Shown here piece after piece: positions 11,356-24,177 of a stretch of 64,000 nt of DNA; positions within the stretch are counted from its first letter, which is position 1, and the number at the start of each line of letters is the position of its first letter. A program made the position numbers and the translations under genes. The notes beneath the pieces were generated by a model. It worked only from the letters and a program-made list of their open reading frames with translations. It was not told the DNA's origin and made no database searches. Source of the DNA: Lophium mytilinum (taxonomy: Eukaryota). The stretch spans positions 186,001 to 250,000 of the forward strand of contig MU004199.1 of NCBI GenBank assembly GCA_010093605.1, written 5' to 3'.

Positions 11356-13480
11356 TCAACGTCTGCTTGTCTTGCCCATTCCACGCTTGCCGGTAACCAG
11401 ATGCTTCACCAGAGAGCCCGTGGTATGCCTGTCAGCCTCTCCCTGTCTGGCGAACCTGTTCATCTTCTTCTGGCCGAGCTTCTGCAGCCTCTCCGCCTTC
11501 GTGCGCGCAACCTCATCCGTAACACCGTCGTCCCTCCTGTTCGTGCTCTGGCTCCTACCACGGCTCTTGGCCCGCTCGAAAGCAGACATGCCCGACTTGG
11601 GCGTGTCGACATCCATCGCATCTCCATCGGCTTCGGATCGTCCCCTAGCTGTGCTCCTGCCGCGGCTCTGGCTTCGGGCTCGTACAGCGAGGGATGAGGT
11701 ATCGTGACCAAGAGACTCGAGGTGGGCGTTCATCTTCGACAGTTTCACAGCCTTCGCTGATCTGGGGATGACCGCGCGGTTCTTGAGACTCTTCCGCATC
11801 TTGTTTTCGTTTCGGATGAGTATCCTCTTCTCCCGGATGAGCTCTGCCTTGTATCGAATCTCAGCCTCCTCGGCGTCCTCGAGGTCGTCGTCTGAGGCAT
11901 AGTAGCCTTCTGCCTCTAGCTTCTCTTCCTCTTCTTCTAAAGCGGCCAATTTGGCCTCGATTTCGGGGTCTATGTAATCGTACACGTCTAAAGACATTTG
12001 TTAGCATGATGTTCTGGGAACCATGAACCCAACCTCCAAACTCACTCTTTCCATCGAATACTTCGGGTACGCGATCTTCTTTCCAGTCATCATTCTCGAG
12101 TAGATAGTTCTTGCGCAGATTGATGTTGTAGACACCAGCACCGCCATTTTCTTCCTCAATATCTCGTTCCAGCTGGGGCCTATTGGGATCATCCTTCTCA
12201 TACTTGATTTTGTTCTTGACGGCCTCTGGAATGAAGACCTCGCGGGTGACACCACCTATGGGCTGCGCAACGTGGATTCTCCTAAGCAGATCTCCGAGTC
12301 GTCCATTTGGCTCGCCTGAGCTGTTTGTCCCAGCCTTGAGCTTTTCGGCGTTCCGCACAGCGAGAAGTCGATCACAGACAGCATTTCGTACGTTCATTAC
12401 ACCCTCCGTAGTCGTGCAGGAAAGTTGAAGCATCTCGACCTCTCCAGACTTGAGCATACCCTGGAGTTGTTCCTGTGTCTCCGCGTCCAAATCCTCTGGG
12501 CGAGTGACGTCAATCTTGTTGATGACAACGTATACGACCTTGTTGGAGAAGAGCGGTTTTATCGAGTGGAAGAGAGCGATCTGTGCTGCAACTGAATATC
12601 CACACTGCTCCGAGAGATCCATGAAGTACATGATAGCGCTCCGTAAATGAGCAATGGCAGTGATGCTCTGCATTTCAATGGTGTTCATCTCTTCCAACGG
12701 ATGATCGAGAATACCCGGTGTGTCGATGGCCTGGAATCGCAGCATCTTATAGTCGAAATGTCCTACGAATAGTGACTTGGTCGTGAAAGCGTAAGGCTGC
12801 ACATCGACATCGGCGCGAGAAACGCTTTTCAGGAACGAGCTCTTGCCCACATTGGGGTAACCGCAGATCAAGAGTGTACGAGCGTTGGGATCGATCGAGG
12901 GCAAACGGCCCAAATGTTGTCGCACCTGTTCCAAATACACCAGCGGGTCCTTAAGTCTCTTCGTGATCGTGGCCATTCGGCCCAAGGCAGCGCGCTTCAA
13001 TTGCTTGCACTGGTATAGGGATTGTCCATACTTCAGCAGGCGAACATAATCACGAGCCACGGCCTCGATGAGCGATTTCGCGGTCGACAGCTGTCCAAGA
13101 GAAATGCGGAAATGGTCTGCATCGTACAGAGTGTTCAGAAGATCGCGGTGGAAAGGGTGGATATCGTTGAGCTTCGGGAAAGCCTCGAGGGTCGCTCCGA
13201 GTCGGTCGCCAAAGGTTTCGGCGGTGTATTTGACTTTTCGGGTGTAGAACGAGCGAATTCTCGAGATTCTTCGGGTCGTTAGTTTCGAATGTCCAGTCTG
13301 TGCAGATAATGCGCTTACTTGAAGCCGGCTCTAATCTGGGTAGGCAGACGCCTCTGAGTGCGGCTCAAGACGATATCAAGGAATTCTTGACTCGTCGGAA
13401 TGACGGGAATGTCCTTGAACTGGGGGAAGTCAGCGGCATAGAACGTGAAGATGGGAGTCGCCTTGTACAGTAGTCTTCAT
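11356..13480 (-). CDS. NOG1: Nucleolar GTP-binding protein 1
   Basis: [59 protein letters not shown]-terminus [16 protein letters not shown]; three introns. Confidence 0.96.
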
Positions 13481-13904
13481 AGCTGCGAATTCCGGTCAGA
13501 GGACTCGAGGGTGGATGAGAGGCTGTGGAGGGGGACGTCGACTTCACCCACTTGAAAATCCAAAATTTTGCCCGCTGCAAAGTGCCAAGATTTCTGTCGG
13601 CCACACATTCTGCCGATCTCCGATCTTATCTTATCCTCCCATTCTCAACTTCATGTCTTCTATCGTCGCGGTCCTAAAGCCAATTACAACGTTGACTCGC
13701 TAGCTACATCGGATTCTTAATCTCCTCCCCGTTCGCCGCATGTCTCATTGAAAGCTCCACTATGGCAATTGGTTATCAGTATCATTCAGATTCCCCGCGG
13801 TCGTGACCGCAAGCGGCCAGACCTCGTTCGAGCTCGTTGTACCCGCGCCTCTTTCCTTTGTCTCAATTCTGTCGTCAAGTTCCCGTCAGCTCTCAGTCTT
13901 GGCG

Positions 13905-16233
13905 ATGTCTTCTCCAGATGTAAATACAGAATCAATCCACGAAGACCTCACTCTTGTCTTGCCGCAACGTTTGACCGAACACTTGCCCGAGCACATTATT
14001 CGACACTTCATGTCGTCGCATTGCCGTCATACAGATTGCAGATGGCTCTCCTTGACAAACCTCACAAATTACACAGGTGCCCCGCCATTGCTTCCGGACG
14101 CAGATATCTCAGGCATAGGAGTGAGACTGCAAGAAGAATCGCTGTTGGTGCGTGCTGACTACGGCAGGCCATCCTTGGGTTCTCGATAACATCCTACCTT
14201 ACTCTATTGCTGCTCATTGTCAACTATGCCTTCGCATTCGATCCTCACAGATGGGGCGAGAATGGCAGAAGATATACGAATCCATTGGATTCGAAACTAC
14301 TGGGTTTCATTCGTAACGGCGTGAGGTGGAGACCCTCTAGAAGGCTGGAATACTCGCTGGAAAGGGCGAGTCCACCATTTCAGTTCTTATGGAACCATAG
14401 CGCCAACTAACATAACTGAATAGTCCGTCTTGATTCTCAGCGATACTCAACTCGTTACTGGGCTTGCGCTCCTTTCGAGCGGTTACTCTCAACTGAACTG
14501 TGGGATCTCCGCGTATCAGTGAGCTACCGCTTCCCTGACATGTCATTCGTTGGCACCGAACGCCATTTCATTGGGTAACGTGACTGGCTAATATGCTCGC
14601 AGCTGGCAAATCATGGTCTATGTCGCTTGGTTTGCCTCTTTTTCCTTCATCAGCGCCATGACCTTTCTCCAAGCCTTTTTCCAAGCCAATCACAGCCTGA
14701 GGATCATTCGAGTTTGCTTTATGTTCATCCTCGCCACCATGTTGATTGTTGCTCTCCTCCCGACCGGCAGTCAGGACTGGATGAACCTTGCGTGCAAGGA
14801 AGGCGAAGGCTGTTTTTACCCTTCCTTACAGGCAAAATGCTATTACCGTCAGATGACTACGAACAAATTCGACAATGGGCATACCAAAATATACTCTATG
14901 GTTGTGTCTATCTTGGTCGTCAGCCTGAGTTACATCAATTGCGGTGTCAAGATGTTTGATCCCACGTCTGCAGTCACTAGGCGCTACACTCGAGTTTGGC
15001 CTGGAAAACAGATCAAGCGTGTTCTTCGCAGGATGATTAAGGGGTCAGAGAAGAGCATGTGGGCCAACGCTCTTCTACGATTACCTTACTTCGCACTATA
15101 CTCAGCCTTCACAAGTGCACGTGCGCTCTGTGATATCGTGGAATCAATGCTTGGAGAGGTACGTTCTTCGACGGTACCCAGTCAGTATAATATTAAGACG
15201 TGATTCAGATCCTATGGCTATCATTTGCCATCGCCTGGGGCACTATCAAAGTCTGGACAACTCGCACTTCCTCGCACTACGACTCTCATGGCTTCAACAC
15301 GAACGCCAACCCAGACGTTCTGTTAGAGGATTCCTGGTCATTCGGGCAAACCCTCCCCTTAATCCTTCTTCTCTTACCCATGCTATCCATGGCTCAGATT
15401 TATTTTGGTAAGTATCAGCTGCATCACGCTCACACGTTGACCGTCCTAAGAACTCAGCAGACAAACACACCCGAATCCTCGGGGCCTCAAACAGCGAGCA
15501 CTGGATCCGTGAAACCGGCATCCCTGACCGTGAGAAGAAACCCGAATCCACGCCTCGTGCCCCAGTCTCTCTCTCCTCCGTCTCCATCGGTCGCACAACC
15601 AATACCAGGACACAAGAACCCTACAACCCCCCCAAGCGCCCCAGCACCGCCATCGACAACCGAACTCTCGACAGCACATGCGCATGCCCCATATCCCGCT
15701 GCGCCCACCACGCCTCCCGATGTCCATCGCCCCAACCCTCCACACCACCCTCCCCTAACCCCGCCAACTCAATCCTCCACACGCCACCTCCCAACCGGAC
15801 CTTCCCCGCCTACCTAGACCCCGACACCAACCCCTACGACCTGCCCTTCTACACCGACCACCTCATCCTCTGGCTGCTCCAACTCTGCCTCCTCGCCGCG
15901 TTTATCCTGTGGCTGCTCAACGCGACCGAGAACATCTTGGGCATCAGCTTCTTCTTCCGCAATCGGCTGTTTATTATCTGGATCTTTGGGATTTTGCCAA
16001 GTAGTTTGCTTTTGCATCTTGCGTTTTGGCAGATCGCGGGGTGGGTATGGGAGGGGGTGAGGGGTGAAAGGTGGTGGGTGGGGAAGAGGGAGAGGTGGGG
16101 GACAATAGGGAAATGGGTGTATTGGGTGCTCAGGGCGGGGTTGGTGGCGGGACTGGTGGTGTATACGTTTTTGCTGAGTTTTGAGGCGGGCGGGCCGGAG
16201 GCGTTGGTCATTAGTCTCGGGGATTTGGGGTAG
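13905..16233 (+). CDS. Multi-exon fungal hypothetical polytopic membrane protein
   Basis: DADISGIGV, LSDTQLVTGLALL...CGISAYHWQ and WSFGQTLPLILLLLP, motifs recognised from a widespread fungal membrane family; one GC-AG intron at 14366. Confidence 0.75.
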
Positions 16234-16682
16234 GTTGATGCTTAGTTTTGGTTCTGAGAGACCGGTTGGGCGTGAAGAAATAGAAGCGGATAAACTGGAC
16301 CTTCTCGCGCTGAACCCCATACGTATCTTAAGTCATCAGAAGAATGGTAGTCGTATATGAATTACTATTCCGCACTCATCTCTTCATCCTACACGTCCCC
16401 CACAGCACCTGTCCGTGCTGAGAATCTATATCTAGAAAGATATCGCTGAGTGATACCCCGAAGCCACACAACCGGCAACCAACATCCGTTAAGTGTCTCT
16501 ATTTTACAGTTGAAGAGAAGTTTCCGTGAGAGGCGAGGTCGAGTGAAAAAGACGCTAAAGTCAGGACGTGTGCCATGCAATAAAACCGAAACCCCCAGCA
16601 CCCCAGATCCCGTCCCATCTGACATCCGAGATTTATGAAACCGTCTAGCCATCCAGCCATCCGCAGCCCTGGGGTTTTTCGT

Positions 16683-17469
16683 TCATGTCTCGAAGAACAC
16701 TTGTCGCGTAACCTATCATCAAATTAGCCCTTCCACTCCTCTCACCCCAACCAAAGGACGGATACACATACCGCCCAAGCCCCCGCAACACTCGCCACAA
16801 TCCCCCCACTAATCCCCATCGCCTTAACCCCCCTCGTGCTCTTAAACACCATCCCACTCACCGCCCCCGCCAGCACGCTATTCGTCGCATCATGCTTCCC
16901 CCGATAGTACCCAATCGTCGAGTTCACCCCGTTGTACACCATCGCCACCACCCCCGCGCTGTTCCCCAGAAACGGGCCCCGCCGCGTCACCGCGTTGAGC
17001 ACGCCGTTCAGCCGCAGCCGCGGGCTAGCGCTGGCCGAGGTTTTCTGTAAGCCTTCCGCGAGCCCCCATGCGCCCCCGATTGTGAGTGCGGATAGGTAGG
17101 TCACGCCGGTGCCGTAGCAGAGGTCGTCGCTCCAGCCGCGCGAGGGGAGGGCGCTGCGCGCGCCGGGCAGGTCGGAGAGGACGCTGTCTTCGAGGGTGAG
17201 GTAGTCGAGGGTGTCTTGGTTGAGGCCGGCGAGTGGGTGCAGCAATGAGGGGTCGGTGAGGAAGGAGGAGACGTCGGTGGCGGCGGTGGTGGGGTCGAAG
17301 GGGGTTGGGGAGAAGGAGTCCCGGCTGGAGAGCTCGCCGGAGGATGAGGTGTCGGTGGTGGTGGGGGGAGAGGTGGATTTACGGCCGGTTAAGGTGTCCC
17401 ATCTACATTGGCGGTTAGCGGTTGGGCCATCGTGGAAATTGGAGTAGTGGGGAGGACGGACATCGTCAT
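16683..17469 (-). CDS. TIM23: Mitochondrial import inner membrane translocase subunit Tim23
   Basis: LPSRGWSDDLCYGTG, RLRLNGVLNAVTRRGPFLGNSAG; 8-nt first exon ATGACGAT; last exon VTRQVFFET*. Confidence 0.95.
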
Positions 17470-18102
17470 TGTGTCGGTTGTGGATGTCGTTTTCAAGAGG
17501 GCGAGATAGGATGGGGAGCTGGTGGCGGCGCAATCGGCGGCGGGGTTGCGAGTCGAGATGGCGGGATTAGAGGTATGGAAGAGGGAGGGGAGAATATACA
17601 ACTGCGTACGGCTACACGAGACGAGCAGACGAGCAGAGATGGGGGCGCGAGGTAGTGAATGTATGGGTGGTGGTGATGATTTTTTGAGCAGGGAGCGCCG
17701 ACCGCGAGAATCGTGCACGGGCCACGTCTTCGGGCCGGAAAGACGGCGGAATTTTCCGGTCTCTCTTCATCATCTTCATCACCATTACTTCAGGGAATCA
17801 TCAACGCATAGTCTTTCTTAAAGACATCGAGCCTCTATTATGTACAACCCACTCATGAACGGCCTTAAAATACTTCCGGCGGTTCTAGTATGCTTTGATA
17901 AACCTCGTTGCCTTAAACGTTGGAAACTCATACAATAACGCAGTAAGTCCAGGCACAAGGACCACTTTTATTCAGCTCCAATCTTGCTCATTTGATACGA
18001 TTGAGAGGAGTGATCCTGCTAGTTGGTAAGCAGTGAATCCAGCAGCAGTCTGATATGAGCTGCCTGGAACTGGACTTCGCGCCTAGATGTTGGAAACTCT
18101 TC

Positions 18103-18473
18103 GGGGGTACTCCAAGGAGTGGTAAGCAGGTGTGCATAGACTTCTGGCTTGCCACTGTATATCCTAGTACCTGCAAAACGTGTACACTTGCTCGCTACTG
18201 TCTGGGGTCTTTCGGCAAAGTCTTAAGAGTCTAAAGGAGATGTAAAAAGCTAGACAACACTATTGGACTGGTTTCATTGCCTTCATTCGACCTATCTTGG
18301 GCATGACAAAGGCGGCACGCTCAGCAAGCGTTCCGTCTGACATACACTGTCTGCCACTGCTTGAAGTCCTTCAACAAGTTCGCACATAGCCCAAAACTAA
18401 CAATTCCTATCTCATATATACTTTTTCTAATACATTGGAGCACCACAAGCAGCGGCAGACAGGTGTGCACAAG
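18103..18473. repeat. Cluster of four copies of the ~35-bp motif in alternating orientation
   Basis: Reverse 18103-18137, forward 18179-18216, forward 18340-18378 (catacactgtctgccactgcttgaagtccttcaac), reverse 18436-18473. Confidence 0.7.
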
Positions 18474-18642
18474 ACTATTAGTAGCCTGAGTACCTACACA
18501 CGGAACTTCGATATACATCCGCATCTCCAACATGCTAGTCCTTCCCAACGGTCAATCCATTAGCCTGTCAAAGACGTCCTACAACTCGGGTTTCTACAGA
18601 GCAGACCTATAAAAAGCACGCTGTCATAGGCCGCTCGTTCCA

Positions 18643-19921
18643 CTAAGCAAGCCGCTGCTCCGCTTTCCATCTTCTACGGCGTTCAGTTTCAGCTTCGCGT
18701 TGCTCTTGCTTGGCAACATCAATACCGCGTTGAGCCAACGAACACACTTCTCCGTATCGCACTTCTTGCAGTGACATTTCCTTCATCTGGCGATCAAGCG
18801 ATCGATTTTGGGCCACCAAATCCTCGTTTTGGGCCTCTAGGTTCCTCGACAAGCGGTGCTGGTCTTCGAGGGTTTGCTCCAGTTGTCCCCTCATGTCTCT
18901 ACGCTCTGCTTCCATGGATTGCACTGTTATCCTGTTGTCTTTGGCCGACGTCAGCAAATCTGGCTCTGATTTTAACTCAATTTAATACTAACTTTCTTTA
19001 TTAGCAATTTCTATTTCCTCACAATCGCCGCTAACTCTTGTCGTTGCTGCTCGAGAAGACTAGTGAGCTCTTCATTGATAGAAAGCCCTGCTGCAGTCTC
19101 GATCAACTTCTGGTGGTCAACAATAACTTCTTCTTAGATCCTGAGCATGAACGGTGCGTTGTTCACCATGCTCAAGACTATCCTGTCTGCTGACGCCTTG
19201 CTGTTGTCGTAACGGTATGTGGTAGCACCGGCAGCTATGATAGGGCTCCAAAATGTGCCTTCCGCCTTGAGCTCATCTTCCTTTTTCTGTCCAATCCGCA
19301 GGTCGACAGTGTTCCACATGCTCGTGACTAATGCCACATTCGCGAGACTGCCGTCTCCACATAGCTTCCGAAATAGCCTGAGGTTCTTCGTACCCACCGC
19401 CCATCCTCTTCTTCTCTATGTCGTGTAGGTAGATCAAGCCCGACAACAGCATACCCTCATGAAAAGATGCAGTCATCCAGCGAACGATCGCTTCCAGGAT
19501 ATCGACGTCGTCCCTTGTGTCGTCGCCGAAGCCAGGTGTATCCACCAACGTGATGTCGTGTTGACCAACTCGGCATGAGACTTCCTGGACTTCTGTAGTA
19601 CCTGAAGAAGTTAGATACATTACCAGAGGCACGATAAAGGAACCAAAATAACGTACAGGACTTCAACCCATGGCCAATCTTCATCTGCTTCCCAGACTCC
19701 ATTTAGATGAAGGACGACTTTCCACTCCCCGTCATTCCACAGACCGCTATGATGACTCTTTCGGAGGCAAGACGCCTCTGGGTGAAGTCATTCGGCCTTG
19801 GATGCTCTGGCTCACGGAACGAGGACTCCTGCGATGGCGACCGGTTGCGCCGTCGCTGAGTCCCTGGGGGTCCTTGGTACGGCCTCGGGGAACGCCGTTG
19901 TCCTTCTCGCGGGCGATACAT
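18643..19921 (-). pseudogene. P-loop GTPase (AIG1/MMR_HSR1-like) with coiled-coil tail, pseudogene
   Basis: IAVCGMTGSGKSSFI* (P-loop), LVDTPGF (G3), GLIYLHDI, KNLRLFRKLCG, VALVTSMW. In-frame stops at 19703 and 19134, more downstream, and a frameshift at ~19400. Confidence 0.85.
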
Positions 19922-21099
19922 CCTGAGAAGAGCGGGCTAGGAAAACAGATTCACGCTGGAGGTGTTACTGCGCGCAAGTTGATCCGCAGACGAAAGAGGA
20001 AGAAGTGTGGGCAAGTTGAAGAAGGGCTCTGGCAGGTTCACTCAGCTTGCCCCACCTGAGCGAGGCATTTTAAGATAAGAGCCCGCCCAGAGACCCTATG
20101 AGCTGTCCCTGCATGCAACATGCAAGGCTGAACAATTCCTCTCGCCCCGTTGGTGGATTCGCGAGGCTGAAATCAGAGTTCCAGTTAGTAGACTACTGAT
20201 TGGCTGCACAAAGGGTAGAGTCTGACTGGAACACTCTCTCAAGGCGTACTTGGTTGCCCTGAGTTCAGCTGGGAAGATCTCTAGTGATGCATCCTGCGTT
20301 GGAGGATTTGAGGTTGGAGGTGTATCACGTGATCAAGTCGCAGCTTCAGATTTCCATCGTTCAGAAACTCGGGTAGAATACATAGTACACCTTCTTGCCA
20401 CTGTTGGAAAAACCTCGATATACTCCACTTGGTTCGAATGCGAAACCACCATTTCCAGGAAATGGTTTGCACTCATCGGGCCTCAAACGGTAGCAACTCA
20501 TATGTCCATTCGCAAAGGATGCAACGCAAACGGGAGGGTATCTACATACATCCATTTTACATTTATCAAGACACACCAGTCTACGGAGGAATAGTCTGCA
20601 CAGATCCATACTGAGGCACTGTATCTTACCTGAGTAGGACATCCGTTTGTAGAAGCAGCACTTTTATGCTACTATAGAGAGCTGCCGTGTGAGGTAGCCT
20701 AGCGAGGATCAGGTTTGTCGACTTGAAAGCCCTTCACCGCATGAAATAAGCCTTAGCTGAGAGACACGTCATTCACATCACATACGTGGCTTGATGGGAA
20801 GGCTGGCTTTAGCAAAGCCACCACTATCATCGAGAAGTTCCGGTGATTGAAGATTCCTGCATGGGAAAATTCTTGGCGCAGTATCATCCTGGGAACCGGC
20901 GCTTCCCCTCCTCAGCCTTGACATCCTCTCACTTTCAATCTACAAGCTGTTTGTTCATGATCAGAATTAGCAGCGTGACATCGATTTATCGTCATTACGT
21001 CGGCCTGAAAAGCCTTATCCAGGAGCATCTGGTATATATCGCCTTCCTCGTATTATCCTAGGCCTCGCAGCTGCTCTGCCAATATTGTCAACTTTCCCG

Positions 21100-22914
21100 A
21101 TGTCGAACCCGTTTCTAGATACGCCAGCGCCGCCTCCAGAGCCCTTGGATCCTGGTCGAGTATGGGACGAATGTTTCCCGTCCCGACACCTAGAGTTCAG
21201 CGAGACACGGCAAATTCCGTTCGAAGAAGGCCGTGTTTTGGGTCGGGGTGGCGTTGGTATCGTACACAAAACTACTTTGCACGGAGTTGACTTGGCTTGG
21301 AAACGAACCTACACGAGAGTCATTGGCGAGAGGCAGCTTAACGAGATGAAGATTCTGCGCCAGATGCGGCGCGAAAAGGATCGGCATATCGTTGAACTTG
21401 TGGGATCATACGTTCGTCGTGGCAAGGCTGGAAGCGTCCACGAACTCGGCTTGCTGATTTGGCCCGTGGCCTATTGTGACCTCGGAACACTTCTTTCGGA
21501 AATGGATCAAATGAACGCCCGATTTCCCGGTCTCCGTCCTCCGGAAAATAATCCAGAATACATGGCGAGTGCCAGATTTCTGGAAGGTATATTGAGAAAA
21601 AGACCGCCTTACGAACATAATCCATATTACGGCGCCCTCAAGACGTTGAGTCAAGCTGTCGGCTGCATTGCTCATGCTCTCTAATTCCTTCACTACAATG
21701 GAATAAGGCACCGAGATCTGAAACCTGATCAAATTCTCATCTCGCGTGATGGGCTCTGGGTGACTGACTTTGGGTGGTCTAAAGACATTTCCAATTTGAG
21801 CAATAGTTTTTCTGCGAATGGAGAAGTCATGACGAGGAAATACATGGCCCCTGAAAGAGCTTTAAGGCAACCTACAGGCCGATCCGAAGACATATTTGCC
21901 CTCGGATGCACGTATCTACAGATGGCGTATGTGCTTACCGGACGCCCTCTACAACAGCTAGAGGACTTCCGTGTTGGCGATGACCGCTCTTTCCAAGCGA
22001 ATCTGAAAGATCTAGGCAAATGGGTAGCTCCGTTGAGGTTAGATTCGTCGAAGTTCTCGGCTTTAATCTTCTTGATCGAGCAGACTCTCATCAAAGAACC
22101 GGGTCACCGACCGAGCGCGAGAGAAGTTGTTGCTGTTCTAGAAGCCTGCAACAACGTACGGCCACCTAGAGGGTATCATGGATTTTTCGGTGATTGCTGT
22201 TACGATGCCTCGGCACCTAATAGAGGCTCCAAAATTCTGCTGGAAGTCCTGGATAGGGCTATAGACCGTGACAATAGCTTGCACACCAGGGACAATGTTT
22301 GGGGGGTACTGCATCAACAGTACGAACATTCATGTGCAGAAGTCAAGACGCTCCAGAAGGATCGAAAGATTGAAGATTTGGCCACTCAAATGCAAGGTCT
22401 CGGAAGCAAATTTCACCAGCAGAAAGAAAACTTTCAAGAGTTGCTAAGGATTCTACATGGAAACGAAATTTCGCAGAGTGAGGCAAATGGCCTGGAGCCA
22501 TACACAGAGAAGTCAAGAGAAAACGGCCTCGCCGGCTTGAGAAAGCTTATTTTAGTCAAGTTGAAAACGCTGGAGTCAACCTTCCGCGAAGAGTTCAGCA
22601 AAGTAAAAGAGGACCACGTGAACGAAAAAAAATGGCATCATGCAGAAATAGCCGATATTGAAGAGTATAATGAGGAGGAGAGAATGGTCACTCGGAAAAG
22701 ACACGAGCGCGAGCTTGAATCCCTGCATAAGCAGATTTCAAATCAGCAAAGAACTCAAAGTTCAACGACAGACCTTATGAAACAAAAGTTCGATGCCGAA
22801 ATACGACAACTAAAGCAGGTCCACATGGCCGAGATTGAGCAACTGCGCCAAGAAATATCAAGCAATAGGAGGCTCAAAGGGTCGCAACAATCGGCAGAAG
22901 CGAGTCCGGACTGA
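21100..22914 (+). pseudogene. Ser/Thr protein kinase with coiled-coil C-terminus, interrupted by one in-frame TAA (21682-21684)
   Basis: LGRGGVGIV, LAWK, HRDLKPDQIL, TDFG, YMAPE and DIFALGC all lie in one frame across the stop. Confidence 0.85.
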
Positions 22915-24030
22915 TACTTTCGAAACGGATTCTCTAGGCTCTGGAGAGAAAGGATCTCGGCGCCATAAACCGAAATGCAACGATAATAGCACCGGCTCCG
23001 GCAAAGCACAAGAATCTCCACTGCCTTCAAGATCATGTTACAGCCACATCCTCTAGGAGAGTCAAGTGATGAAGCCGAATAGACACCGAGTCCGCCGGAG
23101 GCAACGACACAAATTGCCGATCTCCCTTTCACCGTCGAGTTCGAAGCAGTGGAAGCTTACCAACGGAGACTTCAGCTCCGGCAAGAAACAAGAACCGAAA
23201 CATACCAGTCCTCCTACTCCTCTTCAACCTCTACTTTTTTATCTGGACTTTTGATACCTCTCGACCAATGCACGGCGGCCTCTAGCAAATCACACGGTTT
23301 TGGGGGTTAGTATTGTCGTGTCACTCTTCACATAGAGACCTCGAGATCTTCGTCGAATGCTGCATATTCGGCGATATCGGAAGACCTCCGCCATGTCAAG
23401 GGAGTGCCTAAACTCTACCCATGCTGCCAAAAAGCTGCACTGAAAGTCCGATCTTAGGGTTTTGCACACCATGCCACCCCTCGCCAACACCAAGGGACCG
23501 TTAGAGGACGATGGAATTTAGCGATGATGTCACGCATACTACGTTTCGAATCTCATTTTCTCTTGCTAATGGTTTTCTCGCGATGGTTGGATACTAGAGC
23601 ACACCCAACGGCCCGAAGAGGAATGCATGAAGAATGTCATTTTCTGGAGACGTTCATTTTAGGACAGCTCGTTCCGTTTTTGTTCGGCATTGCGAAGGCC
23701 CTTTCATCACACGCTCGGAGGCTAGGACGCAGTGGTGAATTTTTAAAATGCGTATCGAGTGGCGGTTTCCAACACGCCTGGAATTCCTCCAGGGCACCAG
23801 GAGGCATTAAGACCGATCGCGGATTATACACATGTTAATTCAGGGTTTGATTAGTGAATAGGATACCTAAAGTTCGCTAGGGTCTTTGCAGAGACACCGA
23901 AGACCAATATGAGCTCAGACCTTGACGCTACCAGAGATTGCGTGGGGAGACGGGAAGGAGAGTGCGATGTGAGAAATAGTTTTGGAATAGGTTCTGTCAT
24001 AATAGGACGGGTACAGTGACAGGGCGGGAC

Positions 24031-24177
24031 TTTGTGCACACTCGTTTGCCACTGCCAGGAGTGCCCCCATGGGGTGGACTACAACGTAGATATTATGTCA
24101 AGCTTCAGAAAGCGTGATCTGAGCTTCCTCATGACTAGACGGGGCCGCCCCTGGCAGTGACATCCAGTTTGCAAAAA
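24031..24177. repeat. MITE-like inverted pair of the ~35-bp motif
   Basis: Forward tttgtgcacactcgtttgccactgccaggagtgcccc at 24031; reverse ggggccgcccctggcagtgacatccagtttgcaaaa at 24141. Confidence 0.65.

Noticed and set aside
23500..24040. Short minus-strand ORFs, possibly a gene relic
   Set aside because: No recognisable motif or consistent exon structure.
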